From a virus: a DNA stretch of 64,000 nucleotides. The stretch spans positions 1-64,000 of IMG/VR virus record IMGVR_UViG_3300021959_000011. One strand, given 5' to 3'. Below are positions 41,801-52,423 of the stretch, one piece after another. Position 1 is the first letter of the stretch, and the number at the start of each line of letters is the position of its first letter. The position numbers were made by a program, and so were the translations under genes. A model generated the notes under the pieces. It was not told the DNA's origin and did no database searches. It was given only the letters and a program-made list of their open reading frames with translations.

Positions 41801-44800
41801 TCATTATATCTGAATTTCATATTAGTATTTTTTTCTGCAAATCTAGGTCTTAATTGTCCAGAAACACTATCGATAGAACAATTATATTCTGGGTCAAAAA
41901 CATCACCAATATTGTGTCCAGTAAATGGTTCTACTACAAATCCGTTCTTAAATCTGTCCATACCATTTTCGTCAGTAATTTGCATGTCTTTTGTTTCTTT
42001 TTCCAAAAGACTTAGTGATGTATAGTATTCTAAACTTTTGATTCTTGTTTCTAGAGCACCAATATCTCTCATAGTGTAACGTTTGTTGTCAACCATTTCC
42101 GCCTTTACATCTTGCACCGTTGCAGTGTAAGGACTTGCCTGTAATCTATACAATACCATACCATCATCAGGATCTTCGGGATATTCTGGTGTGAGACTAG
42201 AAGAACCATATTTAACCTTGAAATTACCAATTTTATCCACAAAAACTTTATCTTTTCTTGCGAGATATTGTCTATAATCACAAATAACATATGTGTTGTC
42301 TAATGGATATTCCCCACTTGTTGAAATTTTAGAATAACCACGCAACTTAGATTCTGTTGTACCATCGTTTGCCTCATATATTGTGGCAGGACGAAAATCT
42401 AGTACATCAGACAATCTACTACTATTAAATTCTCCAATTTCTCCATATGTTAAACCAGAGTTTGCATGTGTATATGAATCCACAGATGCATAGTCACCGG
42501 CACTATGTTCAAAGTATGAATATACAATAATTGGTCTACCGGCACAAATTGATTGTCCACGTTTAAGTGTTACGTTACCCAAATTTAAAACGCCAGGCCT
42601 CATACCATTATCAAAAGTGTATCTATTCGTAACATCTACAATTTTACTTGGAACACCACCAGACGCTGGTACTGGAGTACCACCTGATTCAATCAAGTCT
42701 AAAATATCCTGTCTGAATGGGGCATTTTCTGTTGTATCTGTAAATGGATCTGCACCAGTTTCTTCGTAATAATTCCATGCACTGAGTGCAAACAACAATT
42801 CTTCTGCAGTCATTTCAACAATAAGTTTAAATGTACCGTCAACATTAGTTTGATATGCAATTGTATTAACATTACATGTGTCATAAATCTTTTTCAATTC
42901 ATGAATATCTGAGTGTTGAAGTTGTAAATCTGCTAGAGATAAATCATAACCCTGAGCATCTTGGAAAGTTTCTGGAATATCACCACTTGCATTCAAACTA
43001 GTATAAAGAATATCTGCCTCAAATGTATCACTACTTGGAGATGACACAAAAGTTTTTCCGACTTCTGTGAAATTACCAACACCGTTTATAAGTGAGTAGG
43101 GAGTAATTACAACATCTTCGATTAATCTTTTTTGTTTTTCGACTGCTTCAGTTTTAATAATTGGAATGAATAATTTGACAGATTGTCCAACACTAGCAAC
43201 TGAAAGGTTTGTGATTGTTAAAGTTTTACCAGAAATACTAATTTGTACATCTTCTGATGCAATACTTTCGATACCACCCACATTTGCGTCATCTGTTGGG
43301 GGCTTTACTAGAAAATAATAATCAGAATTATATGTACCAAATGTTTCGGCCACATTTGGAGATAATTCAATCACTACTCTTGGTTGTCCGCCATCTGGAT
43401 TAATTACTTGTGCGTTGATCTCTCTTTGGACTGTGTATGAAGTATCAATAGTTTCATTGCCACTTACGTCATCAATGAATCTAACTGTTTTTACATAATC
43501 TGCGTAAGTATCTACAATACTAGAACCATCACCATCAAAAATAACTTGTTTATTTAAAATTCTTGCCCCGTTATCGATATAACGATAATTTGCAAGAGAA
43601 TTGAATAGGTTAGTTGTACCACCAGTAGATGTGAATGTAATTTCTTTTAAAATCTCATTTGGTTTGAATTGTCTAGGAGTCAATAGTGCTGCATCGTCAC
43701 TTGTAAAATTACCACTACCTAACATCTTGACAAGTGCAGAACTTCTAGTTGCATTAAAATCGTAAACAATTCCACGCACTTTTCTATCTTCATATTCAGA
43801 TACTAAAATATTTTTATTCGCAAAATCTTGATTTTGGTCTATAACTGAGTAATCAGACAAAACGTTAGAGGTAAATCTATATGTCTGTAATGCACCTGTA
43901 CCAACTTTTTCTTTAGATACCAAAGACCTAACATCATTGATTGTATAATCTTTTGTTGTTAATGGATTTTTTTGGAATTTAAAATCATATAGATATACTT
44001 TCCAAATACCAGTTTCTACTGAGGCATTTGTACCATTCCAATCACCTTGTAGAAAGTCATTTACTTGTGCATTTTTATAATGTTCAACATATTTTACTTT
44101 TGCAGTTGCAACTACATCATGTCCTAATGTATTATTTGCATCGGAAAAGTCTGCTTCTGGAGAATATGCATAAGTTGTTACTGTAAATGAATCATCAATA
44201 GTAACAAAATCTGGACCATTAGTATTTAAGTTTGTAAATAAAACTTCTTCATTAATAAATGGTAAAGTCATATTATCAGTGACATAAACATATGTACCAA
44301 GTTTTGCAGTTAAGTATTCATTATTCTTTTGAATATCATCTCTTGAACGTTTATAATCAACAAATGTAGTTGCAAGAGTTTCAATTTCATAACCACGAAC
44401 ATATGCCTTACCAGCCTCCAATCCTAGAGACAAGTTTTGTTGCAATGCATATACTAAATCTGCATGAGTACGGCCTGGATAGAATTTTTCACCAGTAGTA
44501 TCTAAATCTTGATCTGGGTATGCAGCCCTTTCAATTGGACCTACAGTATGTGCCAGTCCAACATCCAGTACACCATCAACCATTCCACTATATTCACTAA
44601 AACGATCATACGCTTGGTTTTTTGCATCTACCTCAGTATCAAATTCAAAATCTTTCATGGTGAATACACCGCGATTTGAGTTTTCATTAAATAGTGCTCT
44701 AATATCTAATTTAAATGGACTAACTGTATAGTCACCAGACTCATCAAATGTGCGTCTTGCGAGAGTTTCTTCTAAAACTGCATAATCGGTACTACGCACT

Positions 44801-45663
44801 TTTTGTTGAATTTTACCATTCTGAATAGAAATTAATTGAATAAAGTTTTTGGTATCAGAACCACCATACTCTCTTTTCTTAAACACAAGGGTCGTTTTAT
44901 ATCGATCTGCGCCTGGCGAATTATAGTTTTGTGTGCCTTGGGCGTTATCTAAAAGACTAGGATCGTCATTTGCACTAATCACTTGTTCTTGAATTTCTAA
45001 ACCAATTCTATATGATGGCGAATTTGTATACTTATCAAGAATAATTTTTTGATCTTGCACAACCACCATATGTTTTTGTACATAGTAAATACCACTTTCG
45101 ATAAACGCAATGGAACCCGTACCAATAGGTGTTTCTTCTACTGGTCTTACAATACAACTATAATCTGATTGATTTGTAGATGATATCGTTGTTAAAATTT
45201 CATTAGGTAAAAATGAAATACTATCTCCGTCCGCAAAACTGACTGATGACGGGTCTGATGGATTTGCACCAGTTGTATACTTTACATAAATTGTGTCGGG
45301 GTCATCTGTTGTTTCAGTGCCAGTTGCACCAACTGCGTGTACAATAATACCTTGTACACCAGAAATAGAACCAGTAACAGTTCTACCTATAAAATCTGTA
45401 GGACTGATATAGGAATTTGCACCATTTAAATCAATCTTTACATATGTTGCACTAATATCTACTGCAGATTGTCCAGGCACCACCATTGCACCTTCTTTGA
45501 AGAAATGGTCTGCCATGTTTGCAATTTGTTGTTGCAAAGTAGTTTGGATTTGAGTAAGTTCACGCGCCTGTACAGAATGGCCTGGCTTGAATAAAATTCT
45601 CAAATAGCCTGTATTTACATCATAATCATCGTAATACGGTGTTACATTAAAATTTGTAGCCAT
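38896..45663 (-). CDS. VrlC-like / DUF4815 large baseplate-associated structural protein
   Basis: 2255 aa; NFNVTPYYDDY, LFKPGHSVQARELTQIQT, APGADR-like SPGADRYK, LARRTFDESGDY, NKRYTMRDIG, FKSQNASTWT, LRIVALA; position after gp8. Confidence 0.85.
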   Translation of the reverse strand: MATNFNVTPYYDDYDVNTGYLRILFKPGHSVQARELTQIQTTLQQQIANMADHFFKEGAMVVPGQSAVDISATYVKIDLNGANSYISPTDFIGRTVTGSISGVQGIIVHAVGATGTETTDDPDTIYVKYTTGANPSDPSSVSFADGDSISFLPNEILTTISSTNQSDYSCIVRPVEETPIGTGSIAFIESGIYYVQKHMVVVQDQKIILDKYTNSPSYRIGLEIQEQVISANDDPSLLDNAQGTQNYNSPGADRYKTTLVFKKREYGGSDTKNFIQLISIQNGKIQQKVRSTDYAVLEETLARRTFDESGDYTVSPFKLDIRALFNENSNRGVFTMKDFEFDTEVDAKNQAYDRFSEYSGMVDGVLDVGLAHTVGPIERAAYPDQDLDTTGEKFYPGRTHADLVYALQQNLSLGLEAGKAYVRGYEIETLATTFVDYKRSRDDIQKNNEYLTAKLGTYVYVTDNMTLPFINEEVLFTNLNTNGPDFVTIDDSFTVTTYAYSPEADFSDANNTLGHDVVATAKVKYVEHYKNAQVNDFLQGDWNGTNASVETGIWKVYLYDFKFQKNPLTTKDYTINDVRSLVSKEKVGTGALQTYRFTSNVLSDYSVIDQNQDFANKNILVSEYEDRKVRGIVYDFNATRSSALVKMLGSGNFTSDDAALLTPRQFKPNEILKEITFTSTGGTTNLFNSLANYRYIDNGARILNKQVIFDGDGSSIVDTYADYVKTVRFIDDVSGNETIDTSYTVQREINAQVINPDGGQPRVVIELSPNVAETFGTYNSDYYFLVKPPTDDANVGGIESIASEDVQISISGKTLTITNLSVASVGQSVKLFIPIIKTEAVEKQKRLIEDVVITPYSLINGVGNFTEVGKTFVSSPSSDTFEADILYTSLNASGDIPETFQDAQGYDLSLADLQLQHSDIHELKKIYDTCNVNTIAYQTNVDGTFKLIVEMTAEELLFALSAWNYYEETGADPFTDTTENAPFRQDILDLIESGGTPVPASGGVPSKIVDVTNRYTFDNGMRPGVLNLGNVTLKRGQSICAGRPIIVYSYFEHSAGDYASVDSYTHANSGLTYGEIGEFNSSRLSDVLDFRPATIYEANDGTTESKLRGYSKISTSGEYPLDNTYVICDYRQYLARKDKVFVDKIGNFKVKYGSSSLTPEYPEDPDDGMVLYRLQASPYTATVQDVKAEMVDNKRYTMRDIGALETRIKSLEYYTSLSLLEKETKDMQITDENGMDRFKNGFVVEPFTGHNIGDVFDPEYNCSIDSVSGQLRPRFAEKNTNMKFRYNDSSHYSDHDGVLLLPYEDVMVINQDKSSKTVNVNPFAIFTFRGSIKLTPASDEWRDVNRQPDLTINREGQFDNIQFLANEMGVLGTEWNNWQTAWTGTEVTGNTQFNDFMRGPGIRRVTGRNETIQTTNNQTRTGITTELVPRVTTENMGDRVVNTEIVPFIRERSIFFHGTRMKPNTKVYPFFDDVDVSEFCVAAQTHTVGSMTQSANNFINDNEQKWISEAGEMTLTGDTSGHQTNVFGLEYVDTNSVRFFVVDNMDNKNYTTLERMYLRDARGNSIRVGNYQSGEGVSVDNKVLKTNDLGQVRGIFNLPNTDNIRFRTGDRIFRLTDQPNNSDDTDTNAQTNYTAKGTIETRQQTILSTRTAEIVQRNISDTRTLQNTTTRRVVESDTGWYDPLAETILIEEDGGAYITSVDLFFSTKDEGIPVTLQLRETVNGYPGQKILPFGEKTLYPNQVQISDDGSLPTNFRFDCPVYVQDSTEYCIVVLADTQGYRCHVSRLGEEALDGSGIISEQPYAGVFFKSQNASTWTADQMEDLKFKVYRAKFDNSKKSTLYFANEDYDSLGSEENRILLGTDSMELTANSHIVTFHAIDHGCIGTDFHENHNYVQITGFKDNALFGGTDSTNSLSGAQLNGIHKVLSTTLDSFSIDMRNVKYNETTIDFNNKTYSAATGTNVMPATSGRFSPVGVDGFLPYLNSNIKYDLMMPIVQNVQLPGTNIQYKFKSISGASQDGDQIAGVKDSNWSTMVPNSNITFNAPRMISSRFNEQQFNSGNAINKKSLVYEIDMYSESDNLSPQVDTQRCSAILVSNRTNSPQWTSDVDANGIQTDTNLASGNIGHVYTGFVSELESTGGSVDATYITREIQLAQPSKSMKIVITANRPADTDIDLYYKTKSSDSLEYRKLPYTFIERPDGYGIPANSISDFREFEYDIRDIEEFIGFGVKIVLRSKNSSIVPRVSDLRIVALAT

Positions 45664-45694
45664 GTTTTCTCTCTTGTTCTAGATACTACTTAAA

Positions 45695-47389
45695 TTAGAA
45701 TTCAAAGACAACTTTAATATCTTCGATTTGGTCGACAGCACGCGAAACTGGTTGTCTGTTTTCTATGTATAATACTTTTCCAGTACCAGTATCGATATCA
45801 AAAATTGTCTGTCCTGCAGTACCATAATTAGGATGTTTTGGGCCTCTATAAGAAGTACCGTATGCAAGTTTATCTGTATATTCATCAACTGGATCACTTA
45901 AAATAACAATTTGTCTGAATACTGATCTATCTCCAGTTACAGGGAATACAGATTCTGTAACATTTGTTACACCATCTTCTGATCTTGTATCTTGTTCATC
46001 ATATTCTAGTTTGAGTGCAACCATCGCATAATAACCACCCAATTCTTCAACTGCGTTAAATCCATGTCCAGTTGTAGGCGAAATGATTGGTTTTGCTTTA
46101 CATGCAGACACACTAGATGATGATACATTTCCTGCCGAGACAGTTGCGGTTGCGTTAGTGTATCCTGTACCTTTATTGGTAATCATTACTTTTTTAATTT
46201 GGTCGCCCTGAGTAATTCCATATGCAGTAAATCCTGTACCATCACCATTAATTTCAACATCTGGTGCAATAACAATACTACCAGAACCACCCTCTCCCTC
46301 TAGAAATGCATTTTCAATTGTGATTGTTGCAACATTGGTAGAAGTATTAAAATTCCAATTACTAATTTTTCTTTGTACTGGAGTAGTCGCACCAGTTTTT
46401 GTAAATACTACTGCATAACCAGTATAATCATTTGTTGCGAGTGCAGTTGCAGTTCCAGATAAGGTTACTGCAAAACTTAAAGTGCCCTCTGCAACTGTTG
46501 AATTGGATTGATTAATATTTTGATAATATCCAGAACCACCAGCATGGCCACTATTTACATTATCATCAGTAATTTTAACCCAATCAATTCCACCAGAATT
46601 TGCGATTGCATTTTGTTTAATTTGCCACTGTACATAATCAGCAGTCGCGGCATTTGGTTCTGCAGTCAAAAACTTAACAGGTACATAATCCTTTGTCAAG
46701 AATTTTAATGATGCATCTAAATCTACAGAATACATATATTTCCATGCATAACCATCACCAGTTTCAATAATTGCATTTGTTGGTGTACCAGTTGGTTTTA
46801 CTGTAGATTTACCAGGCTGCACACCAACTGCAGCATCTTTCCAACTAGTATTATTGATACATTTATAAACATTGAACTGGTTGTTGCCTTCTGTCAAGAT
46901 ATATCCATTAGGAATAATTTCTTCTACGTTGTCATGTTCATACATTGTGTATTGGGTATCAGTATTCCAATCAATTCTAGGAATTGCAAGAGAGATTGTG
47001 TCTGCAGAAACTTTCTTGAGTGCCAATAGATCAGATTTTGTTGTATTATGATATCCGACAGAATCTTCTGGAGTTGGTGGATTACTGTCATCATCCCAAG
47101 ATGAATACTTACCAATACCCATGTAAAGATTGTTGAAAAGTGACCTGTTGTAGAATGCCCAAGAGACACCCCCATCAGTTACAATACCTGACAAATGAGT
47201 TGGTGGCACTGTACCAGAAACCCCACCACCATCTGGTCCTACTGCAACATACAAATTTGAATTGTGCAAAACAACATCACCCTCATTGTAGGAATTACTT
47301 TCTTTCCACAATGGTGATTGTTCATTAATAGATTCAATGAACTGCTGTGCATTGAAAATTCTAAGTTTGTTGGTAATAATAGCAGACAT
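45695..47389 (-). CDS. gp8: Baseplate wedge subunit gp8
   Basis: MSAIITNKLRIFNAQQF, NVYKCINN, TGDGYAWKYMY, ISPTTGHG, LYIENR...QIEDIKVVFEF; synteny after gp6/gp7. Confidence 0.85.
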   Translation of the reverse strand: MSAIITNKLRIFNAQQFIESINEQSPLWKESNSYNEGDVVLHNSNLYVAVGPDGGGVSGTVPPTHLSGIVTDGGVSWAFYNRSLFNNLYMGIGKYSSWDDDSNPPTPEDSVGYHNTTKSDLLALKKVSADTISLAIPRIDWNTDTQYTMYEHDNVEEIIPNGYILTEGNNQFNVYKCINNTSWKDAAVGVQPGKSTVKPTGTPTNAIIETGDGYAWKYMYSVDLDASLKFLTKDYVPVKFLTAEPNAATADYVQWQIKQNAIANSGGIDWVKITDDNVNSGHAGGSGYYQNINQSNSTVAEGTLSFAVTLSGTATALATNDYTGYAVVFTKTGATTPVQRKISNWNFNTSTNVATITIENAFLEGEGGSGSIVIAPDVEINGDGTGFTAYGITQGDQIKKVMITNKGTGYTNATATVSAGNVSSSSVSACKAKPIISPTTGHGFNAVEELGGYYAMVALKLEYDEQDTRSEDGVTNVTESVFPVTGDRSVFRQIVILSDPVDEYTDKLAYGTSYRGPKHPNYGTAGQTIFDIDTGTGKVLYIENRQPVSRAVDQIEDIKVVFEF

Positions 47390-47430
47390 TTTTATAATAC
47401 CCTTTATAGATTAATTTTTTTTGTTTCTTT

Positions 47431-47438
47431 TATTTATA
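47431..47438 (-). promoter_or_regulatory. T4-type late promoter TATAAATA
   Basis: Exact consensus upstream of gp8. Confidence 0.75.
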
Positions 47439-47451
47439 AGATTTTTTTGTG

Positions 47452-50400
47452 TCAAATCTGTTGCAACTCTTTTAATTCCGCAAAACTTGTAGGTTCAGTA
47501 GAATATTGTTGAATAATTGTTTCATGAGTGATGTTTGTGCGCGTATTATATTTGGTCATTACATCATCAATACTTTCTAAATATAGATTATTATCAACAC
47601 TTTGTGGTGTTTGATTAAATTTCATTCTTTCAATTGATGCGAAAGTCATACCAGATAATAAAGGTCCGTCGACTCCTGCAGTATCCTTAGATATAACTAA
47701 ATGTTTAGGCATCAGATTTACGTGTGCATCTAACACTGCGCGATAAGATTTGTCGTAACTTGCCATTATATTTTGTATTGTTTCTTGTTGCCAGTCATGA
47801 TCTGTACCATCAGTAACACCTAAATACTGATTATTTCCATATGTTGGAACCATTCCAAAGGTATTATCTCCATTTGGATTTTGCATAATAGTATGTTGAG
47901 TACCCTTCATATTAATATTATTGAATTCTCCATCAAATCCATAGTAGTCCAAATATGGAGAACCCTGTGCCTCTTCATACGGACTAAATCTATATCTAAC
48001 AAGATTATCAAATGGGAATATTGCAGAAAAATTAAATTTGAACCTTTCCAGTGATTTATAAGTACTACCACTATCTGGCAATTCCTTTGGTTGAATTTTC
48101 ACAATAAACTTTTCATCTCTTGGATTCGCGCCGTCTCTGATTGAACCAATCCAAGAACTATTTACTCTTTCAACATTACCCCTAGTTTTCTTATCCCATC
48201 TAAACTCTATATTATTTAGTGGACTTTCATTGGGTAAATTTAGATAACTATTTTCTAAAACAACTCCAAACATAATAGTATTGTTCACACTATCTTCCAC
48301 TGCACTAATAATTTTATATTTTGCCCAAGGCCTTGTAGATTTCCATTCATCATCTACAATATTTTTTTCAGATATATTGTAGATTGTAAATGTTCTTTCT
48401 AATATTTCACCACCATAAAAAAATGAATAATCCTTACCAGAACCATCTAACTGATTTAATCCAACATATTTAACTTCGTTCCAAGTGGTTGCGTTTGTAA
48501 ACCCATCTCCTAATAGGACATATCTGCCAGAACCAGTATCTACTGACTGTCCAGCTGGAGTATCATCACCTACTCCATATAATTCATTCATTGCAGATTG
48601 TCTATTGTTGTATACAATAGTATAACCATGTGACATGATATCATTAGAGTTTTGGGGATCTGTGTCTTGTCCTGTCCATACACCCAACCCATCCATGTTT
48701 TTAACTGTGACATCAACATTCTTGATAATCTCATAGAACAAGAATAGGTATGCATCTTTCAGTCTTTTACCTTCGACTTTGGATAGTAGTGTTAATTCAC
48801 CAAACATCATCATACCAGCTGGGTGGATAACTTTTTTAACAATATCTCTCCACTCATCAATAACTCTACCAACTTGAATTACATAGGAATAATCCTGCCA
48901 TAGATAACTATCATGTATTCTATTATTATCCGATAAGAAACCTTGGTCTGAAACAAAAGAACCATCACGCACACATAAAGGTCCAGTTATGGGAACAACA
49001 ACTGCAGTACCATCTCCTAATCCTGTTAAATCTAGTGTTGGTGGAGTGACATATCCAATTCCAAATCCATCATATGCATCATTTGGGTCATTTTGAGTAA
49101 TTTTAATATCTTTAATTCCACCAATAGTATCTCCTTTTGCAAGTAAAGTTGCACCAAGACCCTGAGAAACATAACTACCAGTTTGTTCTGAAACAAATGT
49201 TGATGGTGGAATGATATACCCAAATCCACCTGTCATTAAGTCAACTCTTTTTACACCACCCCTAGGCATCTCTGTCCAATTAATTGTAACACTATAATAA
49301 TCTGGAATTGGTACAGGACGCAAAGATTTTAAATCATCACCAGAACGTATGGTTAAATCGTCTACAAAACCAGTAGTATCACTCAAAAGTCCAGTGATAG
49401 AATCCCATGTTTCTGGTTTCCCGCCCGTATCATAAATTTCTTCCATAATAGTAAGTTTATTATTTGCAATTGCATAATAATATTTTGCATTACTATTTTT
49501 AGTATTCTCTGCATTAACTGCAATGTTTGATTTTTCGATGGGGTCAAGTTCCCATTCATATAAAGTTTCTACATTGGAGTTAGCGGCATCCAAGAAAGTT
49601 GTATATCTGTTTCCTTTAGTAATTCTAAATGAGTCAAAATATGCAGCGATATAATCCCCCATATCAAGTTCACCAAATACTCTAAATTCCGTATCTTCCC
49701 ATGCAGCGCCACCCTGACTATGGTTACAATATCCATAAGGAGATAAACCAGCAAAAACATTTCCCCAAGAATAATCAGAAAGTTTGAATGTATGTTCTGT
49801 TGTTGGGTCTAAATCTGCATCTGTATGCGTTGCATTTGTAGTAAATTGGGAGACACTTACAGTAAATACATCTCCAACATCCCTAGTAACTTTGATTCTT
49901 GATTTGTTGCCTTGCCAATCACCGGCAAGACCAGGCGCCAATGAGTTTCCATCAAATACTAATTCCGCATCTGATTGCAAATGGTTATACCAAATTTGAT
50001 AACCGCCACCCGACAACGTACCTTGCATCGATCTTAATACTGATAAACTATGTTCTTTTCCTGTATCTGGGTCTTTGTAAAATCCTATCAATGCACCAAT
50101 TGTGTCATTATCACCACCAGAGGCCGTAACGGTTACTCCAAAGTCATATTGCGAATAACCAGAAGGAGAGTAAAATCCTGTTAACCGCGCCAAGTTTGTT
50201 GTACACTCAATTCTATCTAAACTTGAATTATATGTGAATGCATTCAAATCACTTGCATCTGCTGGAAAATTATTTGAACTATCGTGAGAAAATCTCCCCC
50301 AAGTATCAAAAATTTGTTGTCTTGTTGGTGGTGGATCATCTGACCCTAAACCAGCATCACTGTCTGCAGCAATAAACAATCTGTCAGTAGATTCAATATC

Positions 50401-52419
50401 TGCACAATCCACAGAAAGTGCATTAAGGACAAGGGCCCCATTTAAATAAATTTTTGTGCCACTACCCACAACTGAATGTACTGCAATATGATTCCACGCA
50501 CTATAACTAATTGGTAAAACAACACTTGCCACCTCACTATCTTTATTCTGGATAATAATAGTGTTATCTGGTTTTTGCCACAATGTGAATGCATTATACG
50601 TACCATCTGATGCACCAATAGAGAATAATGCAGAACCCCTAGAATTATCAGTGTCTAAAGTAACTGGTAAATACCAAAAATCAACGATCAATTCATCTTC
50701 GCCTGCGATTTCAATCGCTGCGTCTTTAACTTCTACAAACCCATTTGTAAACAAGGTACTTTCATTACCAAAAAGTGGCCCTGCCAATGGAGTTTCTAGT
50801 TTTGCATTTGTTCTTAATGTCTGTAAACTATTTTTATATTCTTTATAGTTTCTACTATCAGTCATTGTTTCAAAGTCTAATAGAGTTGTTACATTATCAA
50901 AATAATTATCAATATTTCTAACATCTACAACTTCGTTTCTAGAAGATCCTGTAGTAAAAGTTTCTCCCCCATCTGAGAAATCCCAATAATAATTTGGATA
51001 AGTATCATTCGATTCGTGTTGTACCCAAGTGATATTTTTATCTTCTGTTACACCAGTTACTTTAGTAACAGTACCAATTGCACCACTACCAAAAGTTCCT
51101 TCGCCTTCAAAAATTACTTCTTCACCAGTAATATAATTATCACCTTCGTTTACAATTTCGATTGAGTCAACTTGTCCATCTGTGGTGTTTGTTATTCTTG
51201 CACCGAAACCTGTACCACTGCCGGCAGATGATATAAAAGAATTTAAGTACATATTTCTGGGATAATTTCTGCCTGGGTTTTGAATGTCAAAACCAGTAAC
51301 ACATGTCCACAATTTTTCTTTGAATGTTACACCATTTTCATTTTCAATGAATACATTTTCTTGATCTTGAAATTCACCAAAAATACTACTAATAAAATAT
51401 TCTCTCACCGCATTATTAGATAGAGAGTATTCTTGATATCTCTCTACTGTCGCAAAGGCTTTACTAGTTTCTCCAACAACTCTTATTGGATTTGTAAGTG
51501 CATTCGTGCTAGGTTGAGTTCTAATACTTGTTTCCGCCGTCCATTCATTATTACTTACCTTAAAAACATTTTCTTTTGGATAGTAGAATGAAATATCTTC
51601 GTTGAAAAAAGTTCTGAATAAAAATTCATATGATTTTTCTGAACCTTTTGCAAGATAAAACTCTTTCATAAGTTTCAGAAATTGTTTTTTGTTTGTAAAT
51701 TTAGTTTTCTTAATATCAGATTTATTATTGCCGGTGGATGCATTTGTGGTTTTAAGTCTATATAGAACTCTGATTGCAACTTGATCCGTAGGTGCAACAA
51801 TTTGACCTGTATTTTTATCGTAGAATATAATTCTATCTTCTGATACAATATAGTCTTCGTCTTTAACTAATTCTACAAAATCATCTGGAAAAGTTAGGTT
51901 TGCAAATACTTGCGAAGGAGTTTCACTACTTCTTGTAATTAATGATTCATCTGTGTATTGTCCAGTAGTTGGATTTACATAAACTTTAAAATCTACAACT
52001 CTGGTTGTTACAGTTTTTCCTTCGTAGAAAGAAGGCTCTCTATAAGAGATTGAAAATTCCGAACTAACACCATTACCCAAGAAATCATCAGATTCAAATC
52101 TTTCATTCTCCAACGGAGACACACCAAAAATTCCAGATAATTCTGAATTAATTTGATTTTTATTTTTGACCTGAACTGTATTTGGAAATGCTTCTGCAAG
52201 TAGGTGCTTAAATTCATCTACAAAAATATCTAGAGTGTTATCCAAATCCGAATAATCTAATATTTCTGCACCAACATCAAGAGTATTTGTTTCTTGAGAC
52301 ATCCATTCATAATACAACTCTAAAAATTTTACAAAATTATCATAATCATTCTGTTGTAAATAGAATGGTAGTTCAGAACGAACCTGAGATGCTAAATCTT
52401 TATAGTTACTATTATCCAT
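47452..52419 (-). CDS. gp7: Baseplate wedge initiator gp7-like protein with lectin-like insertions
   Basis: 1655 aa; FVKFLELYYEWM, FYLAKGSEKSYEFLFR, IHDSYLWQDYSYV, VKKVIHPAGMMMFG; between gp6 and gp8. Confidence 0.8.
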   Translation of the reverse strand: MDNSNYKDLASQVRSELPFYLQQNDYDNFVKFLELYYEWMSQETNTLDVGAEILDYSDLDNTLDIFVDEFKHLLAEAFPNTVQVKNKNQINSELSGIFGVSPLENERFESDDFLGNGVSSEFSISYREPSFYEGKTVTTRVVDFKVYVNPTTGQYTDESLITRSSETPSQVFANLTFPDDFVELVKDEDYIVSEDRIIFYDKNTGQIVAPTDQVAIRVLYRLKTTNASTGNNKSDIKKTKFTNKKQFLKLMKEFYLAKGSEKSYEFLFRTFFNEDISFYYPKENVFKVSNNEWTAETSIRTQPSTNALTNPIRVVGETSKAFATVERYQEYSLSNNAVREYFISSIFGEFQDQENVFIENENGVTFKEKLWTCVTGFDIQNPGRNYPRNMYLNSFISSAGSGTGFGARITNTTDGQVDSIEIVNEGDNYITGEEVIFEGEGTFGSGAIGTVTKVTGVTEDKNITWVQHESNDTYPNYYWDFSDGGETFTTGSSRNEVVDVRNIDNYFDNVTTLLDFETMTDSRNYKEYKNSLQTLRTNAKLETPLAGPLFGNESTLFTNGFVEVKDAAIEIAGEDELIVDFWYLPVTLDTDNSRGSALFSIGASDGTYNAFTLWQKPDNTIIIQNKDSEVASVVLPISYSAWNHIAVHSVVGSGTKIYLNGALVLNALSVDCADIESTDRLFIAADSDAGLGSDDPPPTRQQIFDTWGRFSHDSSNNFPADASDLNAFTYNSSLDRIECTTNLARLTGFYSPSGYSQYDFGVTVTASGGDNDTIGALIGFYKDPDTGKEHSLSVLRSMQGTLSGGGYQIWYNHLQSDAELVFDGNSLAPGLAGDWQGNKSRIKVTRDVGDVFTVSVSQFTTNATHTDADLDPTTEHTFKLSDYSWGNVFAGLSPYGYCNHSQGGAAWEDTEFRVFGELDMGDYIAAYFDSFRITKGNRYTTFLDAANSNVETLYEWELDPIEKSNIAVNAENTKNSNAKYYYAIANNKLTIMEEIYDTGGKPETWDSITGLLSDTTGFVDDLTIRSGDDLKSLRPVPIPDYYSVTINWTEMPRGGVKRVDLMTGGFGYIIPPSTFVSEQTGSYVSQGLGATLLAKGDTIGGIKDIKITQNDPNDAYDGFGIGYVTPPTLDLTGLGDGTAVVVPITGPLCVRDGSFVSDQGFLSDNNRIHDSYLWQDYSYVIQVGRVIDEWRDIVKKVIHPAGMMMFGELTLLSKVEGKRLKDAYLFLFYEIIKNVDVTVKNMDGLGVWTGQDTDPQNSNDIMSHGYTIVYNNRQSAMNELYGVGDDTPAGQSVDTGSGRYVLLGDGFTNATTWNEVKYVGLNQLDGSGKDYSFFYGGEILERTFTIYNISEKNIVDDEWKSTRPWAKYKIISAVEDSVNNTIMFGVVLENSYLNLPNESPLNNIEFRWDKKTRGNVERVNSSWIGSIRDGANPRDEKFIVKIQPKELPDSGSTYKSLERFKFNFSAIFPFDNLVRYRFSPYEEAQGSPYLDYYGFDGEFNNINMKGTQHTIMQNPNGDNTFGMVPTYGNNQYLGVTDGTDHDWQQETIQNIMASYDKSYRAVLDAHVNLMPKHLVISKDTAGVDGPLLSGMTFASIERMKFNQTPQSVDNNLYLESIDDVMTKYNTRTNITHETIIQQYSTEPTSFAELKELQQI

Positions 52420-52423
52420 GTAT

